DNA from: a bacterium
GTDB taxonomy: Bacteria > SAR324 > XYD2-FULL-50-16
DNA: 64,000 nt
Direction of reading: 5' to 3'
NCBI GenBank assembly: GCA_032250835.1
Contig: JAVVEA010000006.1
Coordinates: 32,001 to 96,000, forward strand
Shown here: positions 9,800-20,521 of the stretch, in pieces
How positions within the stretch are numbered: position 1 is the stretch's first letter
How the letters are laid out: every line of letters starts with the position of its first letter
The notes under the pieces: model-generated
What the model was told of the DNA's origin: nothing
Databases searched by the model: none
Seen by the model: only the letters and a program-made list of their open reading frames with translations
Translations under genes and position numbers: made by a program

Positions 9800-12700
9800 G
9801 TGACCACATCAAACCTGCCGCCTACCGAGCTGCTTTTTGACGCTCTGGAGGATCTTCTCTTTTTGACCGATTCCCAAGGCACGGTAACCCAGGCTAATCC
9901 GGCGGCTTTGGCTTTTTTGGGCCTAGGCGCTGAGCAAGCTTGCGGCCAGGACTTTGCCCAGTTGTTGGGCCTGAAACCCGGCCTGTTTGAAGCTTGCTTG
10001 TTACCGGAGTTTAAGGGCACCGAACTGCGGTTAAAACAAGGGCAGGAACATATCCTGTTTACATGCCACTGCAAGAGCCTGGGCGAAAGCTGGTTGATCC
10101 AACTGCACCAAGACGACGGCCCGGCCAGATGGCGTCTGCAAGAGGCCCAACGGCTAGCTAAAGTGGGGACTTGGTACCTCGACTTGACGCTGAACCAGTT
10201 GCATTGGTCCGACGAGTTGTTTCGACTCACCGACTTGGACCCTAAAAGGGACCTCCCGTTGAGTGTGGACCAACTGCTCGAAAGGGTCCATCCCGAGGAC
10301 CGCAACCAGATGTTGGAACGTTCCTTAAGGTTGCTTTCGGCGACCCAAGACGAGCCGCTCCCGCCGATTTCCCACCGGATACTTAAAGCAGACGGTTCTT
10401 ACCTACGCTGCAACCTCACCACCAAGATTCATTTTGATCCACAGGGGGTCCGGGTTGGCATCTCCGGCGCGGTCCAGGATATTTCGGATCAAGAGGCCTT
10501 GCACTTGAGCCAAGCCCGTTTGTCTAGGGCCCAGGCGATTGCCCATTTCGGGTATTGGCGGTGGGAAGCGGGGGATGAGGTTTACCAATGGTCTGAGGAA
10601 ATGTACCGAATCTTCGGCTTAGACCCTGCCCATTTTGAACCCAGACCAGAGGCCTTAGGCGCTCTGCTGGCTGGGCCGGATTCAGGGTCACTGGCGGCGC
10701 TCCTAGACCCGGCGAGTCTTAACCAAGCCGGCCATTTCGAGCTGGACTTGGCCATCAAGCAAAGTAGCGGCGCTCGCAAACAGATATTGGTACGTGGCGA
10801 GGCTTTGGCCGATCCGCAGGGCCAAGTTCGGGCCGTTGAAGGGGTGATGCTCGACGTAACCCAGCAGAAACAAACTGAAGCGACTTTGCGCGAGCGCGAA
10901 GCCCAATGGATTCAGGCGCAGCACATTGCCCATTTCGGCAGTTGGCATTGGGATTTGATCGCTGACCAGATCACCTGGTCCGAAGAGGTGTTTCGGATTT
11001 TTGGCCAACCGGCTGATTTTGTCCCCACCTACGCAGCCTATAAAGCCCAGGTGCACCCCTTAGACCGCGAATCGGTCGATCAAGCGGTCCAAAAAACCCT
11101 GAGAGAACACCAACCCTTTCGGGTGGAACACCGCATCCTCCTGCCCGATGGGAGCCAAAGGGATGTACTGGAACAAGGGGAGGTGACCTACGACGATCAA
11201 GGCCGGGCGGTGAGCTTTATGGGCGTTTCGCAAGACATTACGGAACGAAAAGAAGCAGAGCGCCGACTTAAGCTGCATGATTGGGAGTTAAACCGGGCCC
11301 AACAGGTTGCCCAGTTTGGGTCTTGGAGCAAAGGAGTCCGCGGCGGCGAATTGCGCTGGTCCGAAGAGTTTTACCGAATCTGCGGCATCGACCGGAACCA
11401 AAAGCCGGACAGTGCCTACTTCCGGTCTTTGATCCATGAGGAGGACCGTCATTATATTTCAGAGCTAGCCGACCAAATGGAGAGTGAGGTCCGTTCTGCC
11501 GCGGAGGTTTTTCGGTTGATACGACCTGATGGGCAGTTGATCTATCTGCGGAGCCAGTTGGAACAGGACTTAAGCGAAACCGGCCAGCCTTTGCGTCTTT
11601 TTGGCGTGATCCAGGACATTACCGCGCAAAAGGAGGCCCAAGCTCAGTTGCTAGAGTCCCGCAAAAACCTAGCAGAAGCCCAGTCAGTCGCCCATGTGGG
11701 GAGCTACCTGTTTGAATTAAAGACCGGGAAGCTAATTTGGTCCGATGAATTTTTCCGGCTCTTTGGTTTTGAGCCCGGTGAGGTGGAGCCAAGTCATGAG
11801 CTTTATTATGAACGGGTCCATCCTGAAGACCGGGAGTGGTTGGCCAAAATCTCCGCCGAGGCCTTAACGGGGCAGCAGACCCATAGCGAGCTGGTGCATC
11901 GGGTGTTGTTGCCCGACGGAACCCTGCGCTACCTACAGCTGCGCGGAAGGGTAGAGTTCGAACAGGGGCAAGCCATCAAAACCTGGGGCACCGCCCAGGA
12001 CATTACGGACTTAAAGGTCAAAGAACGAGAACTACAAGAGAGTCGTGAACTGCTGGAATTGGCTCAGTCCATGTCTCACCTGGGCAGTTGGATCATCGAA
12101 ATGCCGTCGATGAAGTCGATTTGGAGCAGCCAGATGCGGACCGTATTGGGCTTGGGGCCCGAGGTAGAGCCCAGTTTGGAGGCTTTCTTTGAGGTGCTGC
12201 ACCCTGAGGACACCCAAAACGTTAAAGAATACTTTGAAAAGAGCCTAGCGGACCCCGAGTTCCGAAAAGACGTAGAAATCCGTTTGCGCCGCCCCCAAGG
12301 GAAGTGGGCCTATGGATATCTGCGGGGCCGGGTGGTTTTTGAAGAGGGTCAACCGGTGCGGGCCATCGGTAGTTTGCAGGACATCACCGACCTCAAGGAG
12401 CTAGAAGTCCGTTACCGCTTGGTGAGCGGGCACTTGCACGACCTCATCTACCGGTACCGCCTGGACCCGCCGGGCTTTGAGTATGTCAGCCCATCGTCAA
12501 CCCAACTAACGGGCTACACGCCCGAGGAGCACTATGCCGATCCTAAGCTGGGCTATAAATTGGTCCATCCCGACGACCGCCACCTACTAGAACGGTTAAA
12601 TCACCCCGACCCGGATGTCCTGTCCGAACCCATAACCTTTCGCTGGGTCCGAAAAGATGGAGGAGTTTTTCACTGTGAGCAGCGCAACGCACCGGTTTAT

Positions 12701-14587
12701 GATGATGCGGGGCGCTTGGTGGCGATCGAAGGCGTTGCGCGTGATGTCAGCGCCCAGATGGAATATGAGGAAAAATTGCGTGAAAACGAGCGCAAATATT
12801 ACCAAATGTTCAACACCAACCAAGCCGTCAAGCTGTTGATCGACCCCAGCAGTGGGCAGATTGTTGAGGCCAACCAAGCGGCCTGCCATTTTTATGGCTA
12901 CCCCATGGAGCGGTTGACCCAAATGTCGATCACTGAGCTGAACCAACTTTCGGCTGAAGAAGTGAGAGCTGAGATGGAGCGCGCCCGCAGCGAACAACGG
13001 CTCTACTTCCAGTTCCGCCACCGCTTAGCCAACGGAGAAATCCGTGATGTGGAGGTCTATAGCGGCCCGGTAGAAATGCGTGACCGTACCCTATTGTATT
13101 CGATTGTCCATGACGTCACCGAACGCAACCAAGCGCGGGCCCGACTAGAGGAGGCAAAACAGTTGGCTGAACAGGCATCCAAGGCCAAGGGCGAATTTTT
13201 GGCTAATGTGAGCCATGAAATCCGTACCCCGCTAAATGCGGTTTTGGGTTTTGCTGAATTACTAGACCCGATTGTGGTAAGGCCCGAGGCCCGGACTTAT
13301 CTAAGCTCGATCCGAACGGCTGGCGAAAGCCTGTTGAGCCTCATCAACGACATCTTAGATCTGTCTAAAATTGAATCAGGGATGGTCTCGGTTCAGGCCC
13401 AGCCAACGGACCTTTCGGCCTTGGTGGCTGAAATGGCGGAAATTTACCGCAACGTCTCGGAGCGTAAAGGGTTGGCCTTTAGTTGCCGGACGGTGGGTGA
13501 TTTCCCGGCGCGGTTGCGCTTTGATCAAAATAAGCTGCGCCAAGTGATGATCAACTTGATTGGGAACGCGCTCAAGTTCACTGAAGCTGGGGGTGTAGAG
13601 GTGGCCCTCTCGGCCGAACGACAAAGCCCAGAGCGCTACCGGTTGGTTTTGGTGGTGAAAGATAGCGGGATCGGGATCGACCCGAGCCAGCAAGAAGCAG
13701 TCTTTGAATCCTTCCGCCAGCAAGAAGGCCAGTCAGACCGCCGCTATGGCGGCACGGGCTTAGGGTTGACGATCGTCAAACGGTTGACTCAACTGTTGGG
13801 TGGTGAAATCCTGCTGGACAGTCAGGTCGGTGAAGGAACGAGCTTCGAATTGCGCTTTGAAAACATAGAGTCAGTGCCCGAAGAGCCAGTTTCTTCTTCC
13901 GCAGCTATCTCAGAGGTGGTATCCTTGAAGGGAACCAAGGTTTTGATTGTTGATGACAACAACAGCAATTTGGCCTTGCTGCGGGCGGCATTAAATAAAA
14001 AAGGTTTAACGCCTAGCGAGGCCAGCGACGGTGCCGAGGCGATTGAGTTGGCCTTGGCCTTGGAGCCCGATTGCATTTTAATGGATCTGTTCATGCCCGG
14101 CATGGACGGCTTCACGGCCTGTGAACGACTCAAGGCAGACCCGAAGACCGCCCATATCCCCATCTTGGCGGTCACCGCCTCGAAAACCGAAGAAGTGGCG
14201 GTGCGGGTAGAGCAGTTGGGTTTTGATGGAATATTCTACAAGCCCGTAAAAATTAAAGAACTGTTGTCGGCCCTAGCCGAGCAGGTCGGCCAAAAGCCCG
14301 AATCGAAGGCCCCGCCAGCGCCAGCAGATTGGCCGTCAGAGGCCGAATTTTGGCGCGAACTTAAAGAGCGTCTCGGCGAGCCCTTGGCCCAGTTGGGTGG
14401 TGCCATTGAGTTGGAGGTGGTGTCGCAGTTGGTTAGGGCCTTTGAAGAAGTGGCCGGAAAATGGCGGGGGGATCGTTTGTTATTGGAATTAGAGACGCTT
14501 AAAAAAGCCTATTCTTCATTTGATTTGAATGAGTTGACGGCTTGGACTAAGCGCCTGAGCCAGGAACTTCACAACCGGGGGGAATAG
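9800..14587 (+). CDS. Multi-PAS hybrid sensor histidine kinase (about 9 PAS/PAC, HisKA, HATPase, REC)
   Basis: Repeated AQxxAH.GSW...W(S)DE...HPEDR PAS units; H-box FLANVSHEIRTPLN; GGTGLGL; receiver LIVDD...LMDLFMPGMDG. Confidence 0.92.
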   Translation: MTTSNLPPTELLFDALEDLLFLTDSQGTVTQANPAALAFLGLGAEQACGQDFAQLLGLKPGLFEACLLPEFKGTELRLKQGQEHILFTCHCKSLGESWLIQLHQDDGPARWRLQEAQRLAKVGTWYLDLTLNQLHWSDELFRLTDLDPKRDLPLSVDQLLERVHPEDRNQMLERSLRLLSATQDEPLPPISHRILKADGSYLRCNLTTKIHFDPQGVRVGISGAVQDISDQEALHLSQARLSRAQAIAHFGYWRWEAGDEVYQWSEEMYRIFGLDPAHFEPRPEALGALLAGPDSGSLAALLDPASLNQAGHFELDLAIKQSSGARKQILVRGEALADPQGQVRAVEGVMLDVTQQKQTEATLREREAQWIQAQHIAHFGSWHWDLIADQITWSEEVFRIFGQPADFVPTYAAYKAQVHPLDRESVDQAVQKTLREHQPFRVEHRILLPDGSQRDVLEQGEVTYDDQGRAVSFMGVSQDITERKEAERRLKLHDWELNRAQQVAQFGSWSKGVRGGELRWSEEFYRICGIDRNQKPDSAYFRSLIHEEDRHYISELADQMESEVRSAAEVFRLIRPDGQLIYLRSQLEQDLSETGQPLRLFGVIQDITAQKEAQAQLLESRKNLAEAQSVAHVGSYLFELKTGKLIWSDEFFRLFGFEPGEVEPSHELYYERVHPEDREWLAKISAEALTGQQTHSELVHRVLLPDGTLRYLQLRGRVEFEQGQAIKTWGTAQDITDLKVKERELQESRELLELAQSMSHLGSWIIEMPSMKSIWSSQMRTVLGLGPEVEPSLEAFFEVLHPEDTQNVKEYFEKSLADPEFRKDVEIRLRRPQGKWAYGYLRGRVVFEEGQPVRAIGSLQDITDLKELEVRYRLVSGHLHDLIYRYRLDPPGFEYVSPSSTQLTGYTPEEHYADPKLGYKLVHPDDRHLLERLNHPDPDVLSEPITFRWVRKDGGVFHCEQRNAPVYDDAGRLVAIEGVARDVSAQMEYEEKLRENERKYYQMFNTNQAVKLLIDPSSGQIVEANQAACHFYGYPMERLTQMSITELNQLSAEEVRAEMERARSEQRLYFQFRHRLANGEIRDVEVYSGPVEMRDRTLLYSIVHDVTERNQARARLEEAKQLAEQASKAKGEFLANVSHEIRTPLNAVLGFAELLDPIVVRPEARTYLSSIRTAGESLLSLINDILDLSKIESGMVSVQAQPTDLSALVAEMAEIYRNVSERKGLAFSCRTVGDFPARLRFDQNKLRQVMINLIGNALKFTEAGGVEVALSAERQSPERYRLVLVVKDSGIGIDPSQQEAVFESFRQQEGQSDRRYGGTGLGLTIVKRLTQLLGGEILLDSQVGEGTSFELRFENIESVPEEPVSSSAAISEVVSLKGTKVLIVDDNNSNLALLRAALNKKGLTPSEASDGAEAIELALALEPDCILMDLFMPGMDGFTACERLKADPKTAHIPILAVTASKTEEVAVRVEQLGFDGIFYKPVKIKELLSALAEQVGQKPESKAPPAPADWPSEAEFWRELKERLGEPLAQLGGAIELEVVSQLVRAFEEVAGKWRGDRLLLELETLKKAYSSFDLNELTAWTKRLSQELHNRGE

Positions 14588-14598
14588 GGAGTGAAACC

Positions 14599-15720
14599 AT
14601 GGATTCTACAGAGGGCGGATTAAAGGTCTTACTAGTAGACGACGGCCCCGAAAATCTACAGGTTTTGGGGCAGTTGCTCCGGCCACGTGGTTATGCCTTG
14701 ACCGCTGCGACAAACGGGGCCCAAGCCTTGGCTTATGTGCAGCAGCACAGACCCGACTTGGTTTTGTTGGACCTGATGATGCCCGATATCGACGGCTTAG
14801 AGGTCTGCCGCCGGATGCGGCAATTGCCCCATATGGGCCAAGTGCCCATCTTGTTTTTATCGGCCCGCTCGGACCAAGATAGCATCAACAGCGGCCTGGA
14901 AGCAGGCGGTGACGACTATGTAACCAAGCCCTTCAATGCGCGCGAATTACTCAACCGCGTGGAAAAACACCTCGAGCGCGCCCAGGCTATTTTTGACCTG
15001 GACCTGCGCAACCATGAATACCGCGAACTGTTGCATGTGCTCAGCCACGACCTAGCCAACCCCTTGGGCACCATCATCAGCTTCACCGAGTTGATTGGAG
15101 GCGAGCCGGAATTAGGCCCAGAACTGATCGAAAAAATAGCGCGGCTCGCCGATAACAGCTTAGAATTGATCGACCTGATCCGCCGGATGCGTTTTTTAGA
15201 CGAGAAGGGCATTGAGGTAGGGCCCGTCAACCTGCGTGAGGTGATTTTAGAGGCTCTAGACATTTCCCGGACCCGATTGGTTGCCAAGGAATTGACGGTC
15301 GAGCTTGAAGGTGGGTCCGAAGATTTTTGGGTGCTCGCCGAGCACAGCTCCCTGATCTATTCGGTGCTTTCAAACCTACTGACCAATGCCATCAAGTTTT
15401 CTCACCCCGGTGGGGTGATCCACTTGAGTCTAAGCAGCCAAGCAGAGGAGGCGGTGGTGCTGTTGGCGGATCAAGGGATCGGCATGACGCCCAATCTGAT
15501 GTCTGATCTTTTTGATATCACAAAACGCACCAGCCGGGTGGGGACGGCAGGTGAGCAGGGCACCGGATTTGGCATGCCACTGGTAAAGAAGTTCATGGCC
15601 GCTTATGGCGGTAAAGTTGCGGTCCGTTCGAAGGATCAGCCCCACTTTCCCGAAAGCCACGGGACCCAAGTTGAATTACATTTCCGCGCCTGCAACTGCC
15701 CGCAGCAGGCGCTTGGCTGA
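14599..15720 (+). CDS. Response regulator receiver-histidine kinase hybrid
   Basis: VLLVDD...LLDLMMPDIDG...KPF receiver; LSHDLANPL H-box; NLLTNAIKFS; GTGFGM. Confidence 0.9.
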   Translation: MDSTEGGLKVLLVDDGPENLQVLGQLLRPRGYALTAATNGAQALAYVQQHRPDLVLLDLMMPDIDGLEVCRRMRQLPHMGQVPILFLSARSDQDSINSGLEAGGDDYVTKPFNARELLNRVEKHLERAQAIFDLDLRNHEYRELLHVLSHDLANPLGTIISFTELIGGEPELGPELIEKIARLADNSLELIDLIRRMRFLDEKGIEVGPVNLREVILEALDISRTRLVAKELTVELEGGSEDFWVLAEHSSLIYSVLSNLLTNAIKFSHPGGVIHLSLSSQAEEAVVLLADQGIGMTPNLMSDLFDITKRTSRVGTAGEQGTGFGMPLVKKFMAAYGGKVAVRSKDQPHFPESHGTQVELHFRACNCPQQALG

Positions 15721-15787
15721 GCTTTACAAGCCGAAGGCGCTCTTGTATGCTGGCGCAACTTAAAAACAACAACAAGCGAGAGTATTC

Positions 15788-16588
15788 ATGGGTTTGTTTT
15801 CCCAGTCGGGTTATGTGGGCTACTGGAAGGACCGGGTCGCGCAAGCGCAAGACGGAACCAAAGTCGCCGGGGCCGAGGTGCAGGAGGGTTTTTTGGACCG
15901 GTTGGAGATCCAAGCGGGCCAACGGGTCTTAGACCTAGGTTGTAGTTATGGTCGCCTGTTCCCGCTGCTCGCCGCGCGGGGTGCCCAAGTTTGGGGGGCG
16001 GATGTAGACCCCGAGGCGCTCAAAGAGGCAGCCGCACAGGGTTACCAACAGTTAGACGTCGGTGCCGCCGAAAAGACTCCCTATGAAGCAGACTTCTTTG
16101 ATCAAGTGATTGCTTGGGGGGTATATGACGTGGTGGAGCAAGAAGAAGGCTTGGTCGAGGCGAACCGCATCTTAAAAACCGGCGGGCGCTTTTTGTTTAC
16201 CGGTAAGCACCATGACTACAGCCCCAATGACCGCCTGGGTTTTATCGCCGAGCGCAATGCCTGCCTCAAGGATTTCCCCAACCACTTCACCGACCTGCGC
16301 AGTCTGGCCCAACTGTTGCCCCAATATGGTTTCCGCTGGGTCGCCGGATTTGGCTTCGAACAGCGCGGCGATTTCGGCAAAGGCGAATTCTTTGAACTGG
16401 ACTTAAAGGAGGCTAAGCCTTTTTACGAGTTTTTGTTGGTTTTAGAAAAGACCGAAACCCTGGCTCCACAAGGTCTAACCTTCTGCGGTCCCCACAGCCA
16501 AACGGCATTGAGCAAGGCCGCTCATTCGGGCTACCAAGATCTGCGCCAGTTTTTTAAGGAACACAAAGCCCAAAACGGCGATGAGTAA
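15788..16588 (+). CDS. Class I SAM-dependent methyltransferase
   Basis: VLDLGCSYGR motif I; RILKTGGRF. Confidence 0.85.
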   Translation: MGLFSQSGYVGYWKDRVAQAQDGTKVAGAEVQEGFLDRLEIQAGQRVLDLGCSYGRLFPLLAARGAQVWGADVDPEALKEAAAQGYQQLDVGAAEKTPYEADFFDQVIAWGVYDVVEQEEGLVEANRILKTGGRFLFTGKHHDYSPNDRLGFIAERNACLKDFPNHFTDLRSLAQLLPQYGFRWVAGFGFEQRGDFGKGEFFELDLKEAKPFYEFLLVLEKTETLAPQGLTFCGPHSQTALSKAAHSGYQDLRQFFKEHKAQNGDE

Positions 16589-17927
16589 AGTCCTCATCTG
16601 CCTACATGTAGACACCGAAGGGCCGCTCTACGAATCGAAGGTTGAGCTTTTTAAACGGATCAACGAAATCTTTGGCCTGGAGCTGGCGGCAACGGACGAA
16701 AATCTCGCCCGCTTACAAGCCAAAACCCTGGATTTGGGGGGGATCGAGGCCGAGGTAGCTCAGGCCGTGGACCCGCATAGCATAGGATTTAAGACCGACT
16801 GGGGCGCAATCCGGCAGATGTTAGAAAAGATCATGGCTCCACCGTTCCGCAACCAGATGCTGGATTCGGCGGGAAAGGGCTGGGTTTTTAACTGGCATGT
16901 GATGGACCATGCAGGATACCAAAACAACCCCCGCCGCCGGGACCTTGGGTTTTTAAATATCTTCGATTTTTACCAGGAAATGATCGAAGTGACCGGTTCG
17001 AGCCAAGACGCACTGCATTGGCACTTCCACCCGGTCAATTTCTTCGGCGATGCGCACCACTGCGCCACCAGCTATACCAACAACTATCCCTTGCTTAACG
17101 AGGTGATCAGCCGCCGGGTGGTTGAGCGGAGTTGGTTCCCGGCGGTTAACCGGGCGGGCTTCCATTCTGAACGAAGCGATGGGCATTTGTTTTTAGAACA
17201 ATGGATTCCCTTTGATCCCTCCAACCAATCGGTTCCGGTGGACCAGGAACCCAAGTTCCAGCGCGACTTAAGCGGCGGGCGTTTTGGCGATTGGCGCATG
17301 GCCCCGTCGGATTGGAGCTGGTACCACCCACACCATGACAATTACCAATTACCGGGCCAATGCCGCCGGGTGATTGCCCGGGCCTTGAACTTAAAGGCGC
17401 GGCACCGCTCGATCAACGTTGAAGAGATCGAAAAGGCCTTTAAAAAAGCCCAAGCCGGGGAGGTAGTTTACCTGGGACTGACCAACCACGACTGGCGCGA
17501 TATGGCCGCTGAAGTGGACGAGTTTCGCGGGATGTTGAAACAAGTAGCGGCGCGTTATCCTTCCGTTCCTTTTTATTTTAAGGAATCAGTCGAGGCTTTT
17601 CGCGAATTGGTCTATCCCCAGACCGACTGTTCAGCCGAAGCTTTGGACTTTGAGGCAAAAGTGGTGGCCACTGAGGGCCAAACTCGCTTGGAAGTGACCC
17701 TCAAAAAAGGAGCTCTGTTCGGCCCCCAGCCCTGGCTGGCCATCAAGACCAAAGGCCAGACCTACCACCATGACAACTTTGACTTAGGCGAGCCCGGCAA
17801 GAGCTTTGTCTATGTCTTTGACTCGCACACGCTCAGCCTGGATCAGGTCGAAAGCCTTGGGGTCGCCGCCAATGACCGCTACGCTAACCAGTGTATCCGT
17901 CTGCTCCACTCGGGGCGCGATTTTTAA
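16581..17927 (+). CDS. Hypothetical protein, possibly polysaccharide deacetylase-like fold
   Basis: 448-aa ORF overlapping the upstream gene. VDTEGP, HWHFHP, RAG and NHD motifs resemble NodB/deacetylase-like metal sites (inference). Confidence 0.55.
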   Translation: MSKVLICLHVDTEGPLYESKVELFKRINEIFGLELAATDENLARLQAKTLDLGGIEAEVAQAVDPHSIGFKTDWGAIRQMLEKIMAPPFRNQMLDSAGKGWVFNWHVMDHAGYQNNPRRRDLGFLNIFDFYQEMIEVTGSSQDALHWHFHPVNFFGDAHHCATSYTNNYPLLNEVISRRVVERSWFPAVNRAGFHSERSDGHLFLEQWIPFDPSNQSVPVDQEPKFQRDLSGGRFGDWRMAPSDWSWYHPHHDNYQLPGQCRRVIARALNLKARHRSINVEEIEKAFKKAQAGEVVYLGLTNHDWRDMAAEVDEFRGMLKQVAARYPSVPFYFKESVEAFRELVYPQTDCSAEALDFEAKVVATEGQTRLEVTLKKGALFGPQPWLAIKTKGQTYHHDNFDLGEPGKSFVYVFDSHTLSLDQVESLGVAANDRYANQCIRLLHSGRDF

Positions 17928-18769
17928 AGCTTCTTGAGCCGGGCCTTCATCTCTTCTAGGGTGATGGGCTCGTAGACCGGGCTTTCGTGACCGCTCGGGG
18001 TGACGTTGATGAGCTTAGCCCCATGGGCCTCGGCGAGTTCTTTGATGATCGCGTGCTGGGGCGGGATGGTTTGTTTGCTGTAAGCCTCCCAATCGAGCCC
18101 CGCTAGATCTTCGTCGCTGTCGTAAAAATGTCCAGGCTCAACGGGCTGGTAAGTCCAACCAAACCCCAGCAGATATATTTCCTTAAAGCCCATGTATAGG
18201 GCTAATAGGATCATTAAATAAGCGACCCCGTCGGTGAAGTCGATGCGTTCGGTTAGGTCTGTATGGAAGGGGCCTTTGGTCCCGGTGGGGCCTCGCTTGC
18301 CGATGTAGTGGACCGCTTTGCCTTTAAAAAAGCCCTGTTCTTGGACAAAGTCATGGTTTGAAAGATCCAAGATCATTTCGGTATGTTCGCCTAAGGCTTC
18401 TTCAATCAGCCGGTAGTAAACAATGGGGCTACCTTCGGGGACAGCCTTGTTGCCCCAAAGGTTATGCATCGAGGTGGCGTTGACGTAATAGTTGCAGTCC
18501 GCTTCCTTGAGGGTTTTATTTTCATAGAGCCGGTTGCAGCCGAAGATGAACTCCTCTTTAAAGACCCTTAAATCCAAGTCCCGCAGCGTCCGCCCAGTGG
18601 CCAGCAAAAAGCACCGCTCCCCTAGGTGCCGGTCTTTGAGCTGGGCATTGGCTTTTAATAAGGGCCTGGCCTTCAGGTCCTGCCAACTGTGAACTATCGC
18701 CCGGTAAACAGGCTTAAGCGGGGCCAACCACTTTGAGTAGCGAGCAAAGTTTTTGAGGGTTGTTTTCAC
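17924..18769 (-). CDS. DUF115/Maf-like (MptE-like) protein, putative glycosyltransferase
   Basis: LKDRHLGERCFLLATGRTL...FGCNR and ALYMGFKEIYLLGF...HFY motifs. Confidence 0.75.
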   Translation of the reverse strand: MKTTLKNFARYSKWLAPLKPVYRAIVHSWQDLKARPLLKANAQLKDRHLGERCFLLATGRTLRDLDLRVFKEEFIFGCNRLYENKTLKEADCNYYVNATSMHNLWGNKAVPEGSPIVYYRLIEEALGEHTEMILDLSNHDFVQEQGFFKGKAVHYIGKRGPTGTKGPFHTDLTERIDFTDGVAYLMILLALYMGFKEIYLLGFGWTYQPVEPGHFYDSDEDLAGLDWEAYSKQTIPPQHAIIKELAEAHGAKLINVTPSGHESPVYEPITLEEMKARLKKL

Positions 18770-18988
18770 AGTTTCCGGCTCCTAGCGTTTGAAGGTCTGA
18801 TTGCCCTAGACCCTATGTGCTGGGCCGTAAAAAATCAAGGTTCGGTCCTTGGAGATTGCGTATATTAGCTTTATATATTAAAAAGCTTCTAAATCAATTT
18901 TTGGAGTGTTATACTGATTACAACTGAGGAGTGCTGGACTTTTACCGCTTGGTAGAAGGTGGGTCAACGACCGGCGAGGGAGATCCAA

Positions 18989-20521
18989 ATGAGTGAACCA
19001 ACCGAAGCAATCCGCCGAAGGAGGCGGCTTGCCTATTCTGTGGCGATTTTGACCTTAAGTATGCTGCTTCTCTTTTGGCAGCTTGATGCATTGATTGACC
19101 GACTCTTTTTCCACCACAACAAATCTTATCTGGAATCGCTGATTCATCTGACGGCCTATGAAGTCTATTTCCGAAGCACCGTTTCCTTCATGATTCTGGT
19201 CTTTGGGTTGGTGGCTTGGCGCTTGTCGGACCGCCAATTGCTGGCCTTTATCCGGATCGAGCAGGGGCGTAGACGTCTAGAAGAAGCCCAGGTTTTGGCC
19301 CGGCAAGGTAACTGGGAGATGGACTTGAACAGCCGTAGGGTGGTTTGGTCCCCTTCGCTTTGTAGTCTTTTGGGAACCAAGCCCGAGCGCCTCGAAGGCC
19401 ACTTAGAGGAACTCCGTCGTTTTTTGCACCCCGCTGAAGACCAACGAGTCTTTTCGGTGATCCAAGAGGCCCTTGAGGAGCAACGAGAATTCCGGGTTGA
19501 GCACCGGATCGTGCGTGCCGATGGTCATTTGCGCCGCGCCCTCTCTTCGGGGCATATCCGTTACGGTTCAGCCGACGGGAAACCCAAATTATTGGTGGTG
19601 GTGCAAGACCAAACGGAGCAAAAATCGAACGGCCAAAGAGCTGATTTGATGAGTAAGGTAGTGGCCCATGCCGATGAGGCGGTGATGGTCACCGATGCTG
19701 AAAATAAGATCATCGAAATCAACTCGGCCTTTGAGCGAATCACCGGTTATTCCTTTGAGGAAGTCAAAGGTCGCGACCCTAAGATTTTGGGCTCAGGCCG
19801 TCATGACCGCTTCTTTTTTAAGGAAATGTGGGATTCTATTTTAAGCACTGGCAGTTGGCAGGGAGACGTTTGGGACCGCCGCAAGAACGGTGAGGTTTAC
19901 CCTAAACGCTTGTCTATCTTTACCTTTGCGGGGGTATATCCCGAAGATACGATCCATGTGGGTATGTTCCATGACGTCACCCATGAGCGGGCCAACGAGG
20001 CCCAACTTCGGCATCAAGCATTGCACGACTACCTTACCGGCCTACCCAATCGTTGCGGCCTTTTGCAGTCTTTGGAGCAGGCCCTAACCTATGCTAAGCG
20101 CAATGAAAAAAAGGTGGGCGTGTTGTTCTTTGATTTAGACGGCTTCAAGCAAGTCAATGACCGTGCGGGCCACCAAATTGGCGACGAGGTCTTGGTTTCG
20201 GTTGCGAAGGCGCTGCAAAGCGCTGTGCGGGAATCCGACTTGATTGGGCGGCTTTCGGGCGATGAATTTGTGGCCGTGTTGCTGGATGTCCCGGATCACT
20301 TTGAGGTCCAACGGCTCGCTTCGAAACTGGCCGAACAGGTTTCACAGCTGATGATTGTGGGCAAGGATTTGTATTTTGTGGGGGCCAGCGTAGGATTTTC
20401 GATCTTTCCCGATGATGGGGAAGAGATGTTGAGTCTTTTGGAGCGGGCCGATCAGGAAATGTACCGGTCCAAAGGACGGCGGGATCCCCGCTCAGGCGCG
20501 GACCCCGTGGAGTCTAATTAG
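18989..20521 (+). CDS. Membrane-anchored PAS-PAS-GGDEF diguanylate cyclase
   Basis: Two N-terminal TM segments; two PAS domains; HDYLTGLPNR, FDLDGFKQVND, RESDLIGRLSGDEF; ATG 18989 with GAGGGAG RBS. Confidence 0.9.
   Translation: MSEPTEAIRRRRRLAYSVAILTLSMLLLFWQLDALIDRLFFHHNKSYLESLIHLTAYEVYFRSTVSFMILVFGLVAWRLSDRQLLAFIRIEQGRRRLEEAQVLARQGNWEMDLNSRRVVWSPSLCSLLGTKPERLEGHLEELRRFLHPAEDQRVFSVIQEALEEQREFRVEHRIVRADGHLRRALSSGHIRYGSADGKPKLLVVVQDQTEQKSNGQRADLMSKVVAHADEAVMVTDAENKIIEINSAFERITGYSFEEVKGRDPKILGSGRHDRFFFKEMWDSILSTGSWQGDVWDRRKNGEVYPKRLSIFTFAGVYPEDTIHVGMFHDVTHERANEAQLRHQALHDYLTGLPNRCGLLQSLEQALTYAKRNEKKVGVLFFDLDGFKQVNDRAGHQIGDEVLVSVAKALQSAVRESDLIGRLSGDEFVAVLLDVPDHFEVQRLASKLAEQVSQLMIVGKDLYFVGASVGFSIFPDDGEEMLSLLERADQEMYRSKGRRDPRSGADPVESN

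Noticed and set aside
20230-20270. SGDEF instead of GGDEF as a dead cyclase
   Set aside because: SGDEF variants can be active, and the other catalytic motifs and the RxxD site are intact.
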